Positions 51,103 to 64,000 of a stretch of DNA of 64,000 nucleotides are shown piece after piece; position 1 is the stretch's first letter, and the number at the start of each line of letters is the position of its first letter. The translations under genes and the position numbers were made by a program. Source of the DNA: Cycas panzhihuaensis. Its lineage: Eukaryota; Plantae; Cycadophyta. The notes beneath the pieces were generated by a model. It saw only the letters and a list, made by a program, of their open reading frames with translations, searched no databases and was not told the origin of the DNA. The stretch is from contig CM041465.1 in assembly GCA_023213395.1 (NCBI GenBank), forward strand, positions 88,543,741 to 88,607,740. The letters are read 5' to 3'.

Positions 51103-54100
51103 AATCAACCTTTATAAAAATATTTCTTTTATATTTTTTAAATTTATTACTCAAAAAGAGTAACATGTAGTTTTTCTATTGTAACTCCTCACTAGAATAC
51201 CAATTTTTAATGAAACTAATCTCACCACGATTGTGACTTTGCGAGCTTCACCATGGACTAGCCACTTTTTAAATTTGGATCTGTTTTGATCAAGATTTAA
51301 TAGTTTGAAGTCACTTAAATTTTCAGCCTTTATTTTGATAATGATAAAGAGGTCCCTTCATTGTTTTCACTATAACTTTCTCATCTAATATCCATTTTCT
51401 GAACGGTTAGCTTTGTTGGAAAGTTAATTTAACCCTCTTCGTGATGATATATTTTTTTAAGTAATTCAAAGTTGTTTTATAGATATTTCAAGCTAGTGAA
51501 GTTAAGGTACTTAATTAAACCTAGTTCTTCATTATTTAATGTTTTTTGAAGTATTTTCTTCAAGTTTTTTTGAATAAGCCAATTAAAAGGTCTTTAATTT
51601 ATAGGTGAGTTTTTTTATACCTTTTGATAAAGTTATAATTTATTTTTATAGTATTTTAGTCTTATGGATCATATTCAAGCCCTAAAAATGATCTCTACAC
51701 TTTTTTTTTTTTAATCTTAAGTTATAAGAATCAATTTTCCAAACGGTCAAATCTGTCAGAAAGGTTATTCAATACTCTTTAGTCTAAAATAGGTTTCACT
51801 CAATTCTAACTTCATTTGGTAAGTGTTTGAAGCTAGTTACCTTTAGCTTCTTGTTTAGTCCTTATAGGCATTATCCTATAACTTTTCAAGCATTACATTA
51901 TCTCAAAAAAAGTTATATCTACTTTATTAATTACTAACAATTTATTATTGAAGCTATTATTATTCTTTATTTATATTTTTCAAGTTTTTTTTGCAACAAG
52001 AAGCTAGATCTTTAGTACTTTAAGATAAGTAGAGCTACCTTATTAAATAGGTATATTTTGTGCTATATTTGTTCATTTTCTATATTTCTTAGAAGAAACT
52101 TGTCATTTTTAGACATTTCTATCATCTAAAGCAAAGGTTACACTTTAGATTTTTTGTTTTTTTTTTTTTTACTACTTTCAAAAGGATCTACTACTTTCAA
52201 GAGGATAGCTACTCATCTTCATAATCTAGCATACTTTATTTTGCATTGATAAAGGTCATTCATTTTACTTTAAGTACTCACTTTGAAAAATTCAAGCTTA
52301 GTTGAAGAATATCATTGATTATCTATCCTTTTATCATTAAAGGTAGTTATATTTCATATTTGTATGGATAAAGCTTCAAAATAGCATTTGAATCTCTACA
52401 TCATGTCAAATTAAAAACCAAGTTGTATATCTTTCTGTATTCTTTTGATTAATTAGAAAGAAAAAACAAAGGCTCATTAATTGATTTATTTGACTTGAAG
52501 GAAAGGTTATTGCTTGTATCTTCTTTTTGATAATTTGTTATCTCGTTTATTTATTCTTACTTAATAAATATTGTCTTTCCTTTTAGTTTTTTTTTTGTAT
52601 AAAAAGAACTTTTTAAAACCCTAAGTAAGACCACAAGCATTAATTAATTTATTATCACATTAAAAAGATAAATCCTGAATTGAATAACCGTATCTTTCTA
52701 GCCTTGCAAGGGGAACGATTAGGACCCCTGAAGTTACCACCTTACACACACTAATTGGCCTACTCATATTAGATAAGGAAATCCATTAGCTATCAGGTGT
52801 TTTCAGTGGCAAGCTGAGGTGCAGAACCTTTTCCTTATTTGGTGTTTGGAGACCAAGGCTAGACATAGAGAGGATGAGTGCCTTGGCTTGAGTAACCTTC
52901 ATCGCTAGATCTATTGCTAGGCATAAGTCTGGCACAGGTGGGTCCATAATTTAAGGGGTGTAAAAACCTTCTTAGCAGCCTACATATTTAAAAGGAGAAA
53001 ATCCCTTCATCTCTTCTTCTCCTCATCTCACATAAAAAAGAACCATATTAATAAAAAGTAGTATTATATTTGCATAGAAAATGTTCCTCCTTTCTTGTCT
53101 CCTTACATTACTTTCAATCACATCATTGATTATCCTTTTTATGCATATAATCTTAGAGTTCCCTTTCAAGATAAAAGGTAAAATAGTGTGAATTGAGAGT
53201 GAGGATTTACTTGTTTCACTTATTAACTCTTTTATTTCATTGTAACACAAATACAACTTGAAACATCATATTTGAGACAAAGTATAACACCGAAACAAGG
53301 AACTTCACCTTCTTACATAACCAAAAAGAACCTTTTAGATGAAGAGAGAAAAGGAAACCTTGTTTCTTCTACCTTCAAAATTATTTTGTTTATATTTGCC
53401 TGCGCATGTAAAATAGAAGTTGAAGGTTTAATTCAAAAGAGCATATCTCCTTGCATAAACAAAGATGGAAGACATTTAATAAAAAAGACTCCTTTCTCTT
53501 ACCCTTTCATTTCTGCATAAGAGAAAATCATACTAAGGAAAGGAAACATTGCATGTGCATAAGAATATTTATTTTTTCTTTCTCCTTTACATTACTTCCT
53601 ATCGCATTATTGACTCTTTCATTTTAGGCACGTAACTCTAAAGAATTTTTTTTCTTTACCAAAAAATAAAGAGAGCAATTTGAGATTGAGGATTTACATT
53701 TTTCATACATTTTTAGTGACATTTATTCATTGCTTTATTTTGTGATAACACAATTATAACCTACAACACACAAAATACTGCACTTTCCAATAAAACACCA
53801 CACTCAAGTAAAACTTTGTATTCTCATGTAACCCTAAAGAGGATACTTTAGACAACTAGGAAACATACTAAACCTCTCCTACCTTTGTTTCATAATGATC
53901 ACTGCCTCTTTTTCTGAAAGAGGAATTTATTCCCTCCTTCAAAATGAGGATAGGGGAAGATTCCCAACCTAAACACATCACCAACCAACTTAAATCCAAA
54001 ACCCTATAGGTAAAAAGAGAACATGTGTCCTGTGAGTCCTCAAACCTATACTCATGAGGTGCATGAATATCCTTCAAGGACAAGCTAAGACCTATCCTCA

Positions 54101-56206
54101 CCTCTAGGCTTCCATTCAATATGCCTACCCATAATTAGAGTGTAGTAGCTTCTAATGACCCCCTAGAGGCATGCTTCCATTAGTGACCATACTAGGGAAC
54201 AACCAATGAGGAAACCTTAGGATTCCTTTAGTTGCCTTGCATTAGCCCCTCTCCACCTCATAGGGTCTTCGTAGTATATTAGGTAATCCCAACGCTTTCT
54301 TCTGAATACTAATTTTTATTCTTCCATGATTCTTAGGACGAGGCATAAATGTAATGCTTCTCTCATCACCAATGTGGCCTCCCTCTTGCGGAAGAAGAAC
54401 CCTTCTATTCCTCCATTGCTACATCCAAACCAAGATCACCAATGGAGGGTTATCCATTGGATTGGGCATATCACTCATATGCTTCTAATTTTCATCATCC
54501 TCAAATGTCCTATCCTCACTAAGATCCTACCCAAGAAGGAGAGGATCTCATCTATTATTTGGATGAGCAAACATAAGTCCATCTAGATTTCCACCCCTAT
54601 CCTATGCATGATGTAGGGGGACCTTTCCCTATGGACCACTCTCATCCCAATGAGAGGGCCTATGAGGATCTTTCCTTAATATTCACTCAATATGAGGAAC
54701 CTTCTACCTCATACGAGCAAGCTAAAACTCCTCCTGGAGATGTGGTGGAGGTTTTGAGCTAATGCTTCAAAGTTGTGGGTTCCCAACCACCTCCTAAGTG
54801 GTTAGAGTGCTTCCTTCAAAGCATAGCCCCCCTTCTTCCACCATCGTTCCCCCCCACATCATCTCAACCCCTATTCTCTTTAATATCAAGACCTATTCCT
54901 ATAGTTCTCCCACCTATTGAGTGTTCCCTTAACTCAAAGGATACCCCATGGTATACTAATTTCTCAAATAGTGTTGAGCATACCTCCTCCTACCTAAACA
55001 ACTATGCCATAATCAATTGTAATCCATGCCCCTATGATTCTACCTCTGATTCCACCTCAAGCACCTTCACATTTCCATGCCTTCGGTCATGGAGGACCCA
55101 TCCCTATGTGCCCTTATCCACAACCCATGGACCCCTTACTTTATATGCCCCCAGAGTATACATCACAACCTTAAGGATATAGGGGCCAAACCTCTTCAAC
55201 AGGGCCCATCGCCCTATAAGGTTACACCCCCTGTAGGAGGACCTTATGGGCAACACCTGGTTCCTTATCTAGCACCATTTGCTTCATGTGCTACCTTATA
55301 TATAGCTCCCCTATAAGGGGGATCTATTCCCCCTCCCATTTCACATCCTTATGTGACTACTACTTCAAGGGCATACCTACACTCTTCTACTATGTACATG
55401 GTGTGCCTTCATAGTCTAATGAGGCATCCTTGCCTATCCTTTTACATGGCATATTCCCATATGGGGGTAGCCCCTTCCTATCAGTCTAGTTGGAACCTAT
55501 ACCCTCCTTACGATCACTCCCCTTACTTCCCACATGATGGGAGTAGCAACCCATGCCCACATCCTTCCACTTCCCAAGTTGATCTATTAACTCAACCAGG
55601 GGTCTAATCATTTGTTGATTACTAGTCAACCCCCTTATCCATCAAAGCTCTTAGGACAAACCTCCTACCTCATCCTCCTGAAGTACCCAAGTTTGATGAT
55701 ACTTTTTTAGAAGACCTAATTGAATATATGAGGGGCTTCACCATGGCATATATTGACTATCGGGCCTATGAACAAATCTTAATGAAATTATTTCCAAGAT
55801 CCCTTTAAGGAGATGTACTAAAATGATTCTATTATCTCCCTGCCCATTCTATTTTTACTTTCTAGTTGTTAGTTGATAAATTCATCAACTATTTTGATGT
55901 AGTCTAACCCTTTGAAAGTGGGGTCAAGGCCCTCTTATCATTGAAACAAGGTCACGACAAACTTAATCATGACTTTGTAAGATGATTCCATGATCTCCTT
56001 CACTCTTCCAAGGTCACTCTGCCTAAGGAGTTGAAGAGAGACATTTTTGTTAATGCTCTTTGCCCTAAGGTACACATGGAAGTCTTTAAAATGGGGGTAA
56101 TAACATGTGATTCTGCCATAGCTAAGTGCTTAGCATTGGAGGCTATTGAGATTCGAGCAGGTGTTAAGAAGTTACCTAAGCAATCATAGCATCATAAGGC
56201 AATCCC

Positions 56207-59200
56207 TAGAAAGAGTGGATCTATCCTTCATCTTCATGCACTAAACATAAAGGAAAACATAGGAACAAGAGAGACTTCAGAGAAAAAGAGTAGCTCTCAT
56301 AGAATGAGGAGGTAAGAATGAGCCTCTTCCATTGAGTTTTTACTTTTATATTGAGAAAGGGAGCATTAGAGTTAGGTGAAATGAAATTACGCATAATGCA
56401 CATGAAAGTGCACTTTACTTAAGTGATCTAATTTAAAGTTCACTTAAAACCTTTTTTAGAAATAATCAACTAATGTAATGACCTTGTGATATTAACCCTT
56501 TTCAATCTCTCCCTTAATGGTAGAAGTTCACTTCATCCTATTTTATTCTATCCTATGAGGTCTTCATTTGAGCGTCTTATAAAGCAAACTACTATGAAAC
56601 TTTTGTGGGAAACCCTCATAGGGAAGAAAACCCACAAATTTTCTAATATACTAACTTGGCTTCAGCGACTCTTTAAATAAAGCCAGATAACTAATCAGTA
56701 CAATGAATTTTGTAGCTAAAATCCACTAAGTCTCCATATACCATTTGGTCATCCCCCATGCCTTTTCAGGTTTTCATAGGTTCTAATTTTCCAAAATGAT
56801 ATAACCCTTATCCTTTCATTTCAATAAGGGATTTTCATAAATGGGATAGAGTAGAGACTTACTCTTGTCCTTTGGACCTACAAGGGGTCTTCACAAATGA
56901 GATTAAATATGATGGTCCTATTGTCATCTCCTTTAATCGGTTAGATATGGAGGTCCTAAGGCCAAGTTTCTTTCAAAACTATTCAAACTTCACCCTCTTC
57001 AGTGGTTTGATGAAGATATCAACCACTTGATCTAATGTGGGATAGTACTGTAGTTGAATTATGCCATCATAAACTAGTTCTCTAATCTTGTGGACTTTTG
57101 TACTTATATATTTGGTACGATCATGAAATATAAGAGTTTTATCTATTTAGATTATAGATTGATTATCTATATGTAATCTATTAGAACTTGTTTGGGTGGC
57201 ATTTAATGTATTCAAAAATTTTCTAAGCCATATCACCTCCTTGTTTGTCTAGAAAGTAGTAATTTATTCAGCTTTAGTAGTTGAGTTTATAACTATCTTA
57301 TGTCATCTTAATCTCCATGATATCATTGGTATTCCAAGAAATGTTATGTACCCAGATGCAGATCTTTTTATGTCTTTATCTATGACAAAATATGAGTCTG
57401 TGTATATATAAAGTTTAAATTCTGCATTGGGTTTATACAATAGACCATATTTGTTGGTCATCTTTAGGTACCTTAACACTCGTATTGCAACTTGCTAGTG
57501 ATTCTACTTAGGATTTGTCATGAATCTTACAAGAATTCTAATAGAGTGTGCAATATTTAGCCTTGTATTGGTAGTATAGATGAGACTACCTACAAGTTAC
57601 TTGTAGAGTGTTGTGTCTACCTCCCTAGTATCACCATCAGTTGAGAGTTTAATATTAGGTTCCATAGGTATATCCATTAGTCGAGCACCTTCCAATTGAA
57701 ACTTTGTTAGAAGATCATTGATATATTTTTCTTTGGAGAGTAAGGTTTTGCCATTCTTTAAGTTATTTCAATTCCTAAGTAATATTTCATCAACCCAAGG
57801 TCGTGCAATTTAAAAGTTTTAGTAAGGTCCTTCTTCAATCGGCCGATTACCTATTCACTATTCCCTATTATTAGCATATCATCCATAAAGATTAAAAAGT
57901 AAGTGACTTTATCATTTTGGTGCTTGATGAATAATGTTGCATTAATATCTTGATGGTCACAAACCTCATATCCAAGTTGCCTCATTATTTCAAACAACTT
58001 GGTAAACCAAGCACGAGTGGCTTGTTTTAGGCTGTATAAGGAATTTTTGAGCCTATAAACCTTATGCTCCTAACTGACAATCTTGTATCCTATTGACTAA
58101 GCCATATAAATTTCTTCTTTAAGGTCCCAATTGAGAAATATAGTCTTAACATCAAGTTGGTAGATTTTCCAACCCTGTTGAGCAGCCAAGGCTATAAGAG
58201 TTCTGATTATAGGCCACTTGGTTGTATGAGAAAAGATTTCAGTGTAGTTGATGCCTTCCCTTTGTGTGAATCCTTTTGCTACCAAGCTCATCTTATATTT
58301 TTCTAGGGTGCCATCTAATCTATACTTATTTTTTAACACCCATTTATTTTAAACTACCTTTCTTCCAAGTGGTAGATTAACAAGCTCCCATGTACTCTTC
58401 TTGATAAGAGATTGGTACTCATCATTTATAGCATTTCTCCAAGCTGCATGCTTTATAGATTCTTGGTACATTAGGGGCTCTTCATTAAGACCAAGGTGAA
58501 GTTCTACTAGTTCAAGCTCAACAAAAAGTGATTCATATATCCTTACTCTATGGGCACTTCTAATGCCAGTTTTGCCTATCTCATCTGGTTGCATGTCCTT
58601 GTATAGCTGGTAGGCTTCACAAAAACCTCAAGTTGGGAATGAGGTTTTTATTTCTATAGCCTATTGCTCTTCATTTTGATCCCAAAAAGCATCATATAAA
58701 ATGTTTGGCATGGAGGAAGTTGGTGATGCTAAAGAAGATGTGCCAGCTACTAATATTAGAGAAGATGATCCTTCTGCTATGGCTTTGCCTTTGTCAACTT
58801 CGCTATTTGTAAATAATGATGTTAGATGTATATACATTAGTTGAGAGTCATAGCTTACATCCTCCAGTGCTCTATTATCAGATTGCAAGATTTTGAGAAA
58901 TTGTTGAGCATCTCCCCCCCTAAATTTTGGAATCTAGACATCAAATTCAGTAGTATCATTAAATCAGTATGAAAGTACCTTGGAGTTAAGTCTAAGTAAT
59001 TAATATTTAGTCTCTATAAAGATAGCATCTCTAGTGATGATAATTTTATGTTGTGAAGGTATAAAAACCTTGTACCCCTTTTTGTCCATAGGGTATTTGA
59101 CAAAGATGCCTTTAAGGGTTCTATCTTGGAGTTTGTTCCTGTGTTCCTCTAAATGTGAGCATAACAAGTAGAGATAAAAATTTTGAAGTGGGAGATAGAG

Positions 59201-62200
59201 GGGGTTTATCCATACCATATTTCATATAGAGAGGGGCTGAGCTTGGAGGGACTAATAGTGTTAATGTAATACATAACAATCTAGATAGCCTCATCCCAAA
59301 GATAGGCAAGGGCATTCTTATATACCAACATAGTACGAGCCATATTCATGATGGTCCTATTCATGTACTCGACAACTCTATTTTGCTGGGGTGTACCTGA
59401 AACAATGGTCTGATGTTTGATTCCATGCTGACATAGGTACAATTTAAACTCATTAGACGTGTACTCGCCACCATTATAAGTCTTGAGTATTTTAATCTTG
59501 AATCTAAATTCATTTTCCACGTGGGCTTTAAAAGCTTGAAACATAGAAAAAGCTTCATCTTTCTTTGCAAGAAAAGCAACCCATACTTTCTTGGTAAAAT
59601 CATCAATGAAACTAATATAGTACTACTTCTGTTTGAGAGAAGGGATGGGCATAGTACTGCATATATCTAAGTGTACAAGCCATAAAGGTTGGCTAGACTT
59701 CCATTGACTACAAGGAAAGGGTTGTCTTTGAGATTTGGCAATGATACATGCTTCGCATTTGAAGGGCTTAGAGGAGATCCTAGGCATACTAAGAAGAGTG
59801 ATATGTAGTTCTCTTAAATGATAAATTTTGATATGGCCCATATGAGCATGTCATAGGGCTACTTAGGGCAATGTTTGAGGAGTCAAGGTTGTGGTAAAAG
59901 CAAAGTCATCATCAACATAGTTAACTTTAGAGGATGGTGAGCCAGTTAAGCAAAAAAGCTTGTCATCAAGAATTCTAGTCATAACCACAACATTTAAAAG
60001 AGGGTGAATGACATAGAGAGTTTAATTCTTTGTAGTTACACTTAGATCAAAACCACAAGAGATAAGGGTGTACATGGAGAGTAGGTTCTGCTTCAAAGTA
60101 GGAATATATAAAACACCAACAAGGGTAAAATCTGGAAGGCCTAGGATTTTTAGGCAAACAGTTCCAAGTCCTTCAACTAGCTGAGATGATTTGTCAGTCA
60201 TGTGTACAATACCACAAACTTTAGAGTCAAAACCCTGAAAGAACTAGCGATGATAAGTTATGTGTTATGTTACTCTAGTATCCATGATTCAAGATGAAGT
60301 ATTTGAGGTGGCACTATTTGCAACTCCAAGTGGTGAAGGTAAATGTGAATAAGCATAGCCACAATGAGCCTTAATATACTTAGTGGATCTATCAACAACA
60401 TTTGATGGAGTGGTCCTAATTCTTTGAAGGTGTGTATAAGCAAATTACATTCCACTAAAAGTATCTTCAAAAGAAGTATTTTTAGCATTATGTGCACCAT
60501 GGCATTGTTGATAGCTTGGTAGTTTATTAGTGGCAGTTTTATAATTTTTGGCATAGTGTCCATTCCTATTACACCTTTGGCCTACAATTATCTGATTGTC
60601 AGTCCCATAAGAAGTATTAGGCTGGTTGGATTATCTCTGATTACTAGATTTGGGTCCAAGTTAATTTTGGCCTTGGCCTTGAGATTATATTTATTGGAGT
60701 TAAGGAGCTTGTTGACCAAGAGGACATTATTCTTATTGTCTATCTCTGCCTCTTCCATGAGAATTACGACCTTTGCAAGAGTATTGACCTTGATTTTTGG
60801 TATAAAAAAGATCTTCTTCCATTTTGAAAGTAGCATAAGTTGGATTAGATATAGTGGAAAAGTTGGTATCAAAGGTCTTATCAAATTCAATGAACTTATA
60901 AGCAAGATCATCAAAGTTTAAGGTCTTCAAAGTGCCACTAGATTGAAGACTTCCCAGTGGATTTTTGTAATCTGGGATATGGAGACATGACTGAATCAAG
61001 AAAGCTTATGTAATGCATTGAGTTTTGAAATCTTTATCAATGGCTTGCTTAATTGGACGAAGGAGATTGATTGTCTCATTTGCGTGTCCTTTCCACATTT
61101 TTAATTTGTTCATTTTTAGCACTAAGTAAACAAATTCTAAATCTGAATTAGTGTTAAAGTTCTTCGTAAGAACTTCAAGAACTTTCCATGATGTATCATG
61201 TACAACTTCATCAATGAGATTATGTAGGGAATAATCAGTGACAAGAAGTATTCCTGAATAGATTTTATTATCATTAAGTTCCTATTAGCATTTAACTACA
61301 ACTTCAGTAGGAGCAGTTAGAGCACCTCCTCCAAAAATAACTGAGGTGGTTGTAGCTATAATATATGGTGTAGGTTGTAAGTTATCTCTCCAAAGACCTT
61401 CATACTTTATAGTATTTCTAACAAGAGTGAACTATATGTCTCAATTTTCTTTCCTTTTAAGAATGTAGTTTACATTTTACTTGAACTGTGAAGACATGGT
61501 GTTTTTTGAGAAGGGAAGAAATGAACAAGGGACTATAAAAGTGATAGTAATAAATGACTAATCACTATTTATAAATAGGAGATATAATGAAGTAGTGTAG
61601 CAGAAGGAAGAAGAAGTAAGAATGGTTGCTCAAAGATGAAGGAAGCAACTTAGAGAAAAGTCACTAAGACTTATGATAGATATTAACCTGACGCAGTAGG
61701 AATATGAGAAGCATTATGATGAAAATTGGCTACTAACACTTGTGGTAAATATTAATATGACATGACAGGAATATGAGAATCACTATTATTATGATTATAC
61801 TATGGATTACCTTTTACCAATAAATAAGTTATCAATATACAAGATTATAGGCCAATGTAGAAACTAACATCATTGGGTGTACATAACTTGAAACTCAAAT
61901 GTAGGATATATAATCAACCTAATAACCTCTAACTTATGTCCAACATATAGCTGAGGCCATTGAAGGGATTCTTAGGCTTCTAGTATAGTTAAGTTGGCCT
62001 TCACCTATGATACCCACAATTGTGCTTGGTGATGAAATCCAAGTCACAATGGAGTCTGGGTACTCCCAATCCTCACCCAATTCACTAATGAGCAGCTATA
62101 TACCTCCTCTAAAGAGTGGTACATGCATACTCATGGCTATAATAAATATTAGATTAGGTATATTTTAATCTTATATTTAAAGTTTTAGTTGTCCTGGTTG

Positions 62201-63817
62201 GTTATTAGGATGATCCCTGATTTAGGCACAATGGTATGGCTAACCAAACCTCACCAATATTCAAGTTCAATCTAGTCCTAACTTGAAACCCACACCTCCT
62301 TTATGGCATAATATTCTACTAACCAAGATATCTTAACATTGGCGAGTATATGAATAGGTAAAAGATGGCAGAAAATAATGTACGTGATGCATTCCTTTTA
62401 AAGAGACTTAAAAGATTATTAAATTTGCATCAAACGTACATATAATTAAAAAATATAATGCTTGCTTGTAGTGCTTACTTGGAGTGTCTTTAGAGTGCTT
62501 ACTTGAAGCAATTTTGGAGTGCTAAAATGTAATGATGATAAGTGAGTAAGGACACCAGATATTACTTCAATCCAAGTGTTTTTTTACTTACTTATACAAT
62601 GGAATTTTATGCCTTATAAAAAAAAGAAGAAAATTTCTTCACTTTTTTTTTAATAAAAAAAAAAAAAGTAGTCTTCACTAAATTAATAATAACTTTCTCT
62701 CACAATAACAAAATTGAGTACTAATTTTTGTACTAAAACTAGACTCAGAGCTTCATCTTAAGAAATAGAATCAAGTCTAAATGAGTTCTAAAAATTTTTT
62801 GGCATTCCCGCAAAGTTAGGAGAATATATTTTTTCAAAATTCTTACTAAAAATAATTGTTGTTTACTAAAACAACAATAACTTTCTCATACAACAACGAA
62901 ATTGGGTGCTAATTTTTGTGTTAGAAATTAGACTTAGAGACTCATCGTTGCAATTAGAATTAGGTCAATTGGAGCATTGTAGAAGATTTTGTAGACCTAT
63001 GAAGTTTAGCAAGCAAATTTTATTTCTATAAAAAATTTAGCTTACTAATATCTCATTAACACATGATACCATATAAAATTCCCATCATTTTTTTATCACC
63101 AAGATCCCAATATGGGCAAGGTGAAAGCATATAATAATGGACATTTTAAATGGATCCAATTTTATTTTAAAAAAAAGTGGGTAGAACCTTCCCTTACAAT
63201 CATTCTTCTAAAAGCTAGAAAACTTTTGGCAGCATTTCCCTTGTTAAATGGATAAAAAGAGGGAAAAGAAAAGAAGAATGAGATAGCATAAATGACCACC
63301 AAAGGATCTGAATCCTTGGGTCTTATAGCTCCTTATATTATGATTCCAAACCTATAAAAGAGAAAGGGAAAGTAAATAATACTAAATATTCTATGATAAT
63401 AACTTAAAAATATTTCTAAATCCACTTTCACAATCTTTTTTACCACATGGATTGTGGGGAAGAAAGAAGTGATGGCTCCATTGCAAGTGCAAGTGAGGAA
63501 TATGAAGGAAGTAAGCTCTGATACCATATGAAAAGAGTGGATCTATCCTTCATCTCCATGTACTAAACATAAAGATAAACATGGAAGTAAAAGAGACTTG
63601 AGAGAAAAAGAGTAGCTCTCATAAAATGGGGAGGTATGAATGAGCTTCCTCCATTGAGCTTTTACTTTTATATTGGGAGAGGGAGAATTAGAGTTAGGTG
63701 AAATGAAATTACACATAAAAGTATATTTCACTTAGGTGATCTAATTTAAAGTTTACTTAAGACCTTTTTTAGAAATAATCAACTAATATAATGACCTTAT
63801 GACATTAACCTTTTTCA
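56207..63817 (-). mobile_element. Element G: full-length decayed Ty1/Copia (LTRs 56207-56504 and 63529-63817)
   Basis: Perfect TSD ATCCC; PBS complement GCTCTGATACCA 63515-63526; PPT complement after 56504; integrase 59281-59544, RT 58097-58594, RNase H ~57000-57400, gag ~60500-61500. Confidence 0.95.
62688..63050. repeat. 188-bp tandem duplication of the palindromic unit in the 5' UTR of G
   Basis: AATAACTTTCTC at 62688 and 62876 with aligned downstream sequence; TAACTTT...AAAGTTA arms in unit 1. Confidence 0.85.
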
Positions 63818-64000
63818 ATCCCTCTACCATGTGACTAAAGAAGTTAATAGTAATCCCTAAGGCCTCCTACTGGTACAACTGATAGGACCTTAGATCCCCT
63901 CATTTTAGCCGTATGTTCTTCCAAATATATGATTAGAGAACTAAAATTTTAACCCTCTCAAACTTCTTTGGAGTCACATCTACCTATGCACCAAGCATTG

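Larger units (their letters stand above)
50585..64000 (+). mobile_element. Element K: Tat/Ogre-like Gypsy; long 5' LTR (~50585-54179), PBS, Pro-rich gag interrupted by G, continues past window
   Basis: TGAAAG...CTTCCA termini; decayed TGGCGAC-type PBS (TAGTGACCATACTAGGGA) at 54181; gag 55680-56200 homologous to J gag; resumes at 63823. LTR start is inferred. Confidence 0.72.

Overview
AT-rich, CpG-depleted land-plant nuclear DNA (features suggest a large-genome, heavily methylated plant such as a gymnosperm; inference) made almost entirely of nested, decayed LTR retrotransposons; no intact host gene, RNA gene or CRISPR array is seen. Nesting, resolved from LTR pairs, PBS, PPT and TSDs: (i) a Copia remnant (1-5381) interrupted by non-autonomous element C (1289-4633); (ii) a fragmented Gypsy-like host H carrying element A (8254-14297, with B1 at 8704-12899 inside its LTR), a chromovirus (15424-20290), element E (21124-24653) and Copia F (24929-39353, with B2 at 26996-33322 and D at 34507-37335 inside); (iii) a Gypsy pol remnant > Copia I > Tat/Ogre-like J > Tat/Ogre-like K > Copia G. 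The standout observation is a module shared by five different elements of both superfamilies (C, B1, E, B2 and the K LTR), always in the same orientation relative to the element: [variable, often CpG-retaining cargo, antisense to the element where identifiable] - [conserved ~70-nt hairpin motif] - [~170-190-bp degenerate palindromic units]. Recognisable cargo includes fragments of a P-class PPR gene, V-ATPase subunit a, cytochrome P450, an Mpv17/PMP22 gene and possibly a mitochondrial carrier. All alignments and translations outside the ORF track were done by eye.
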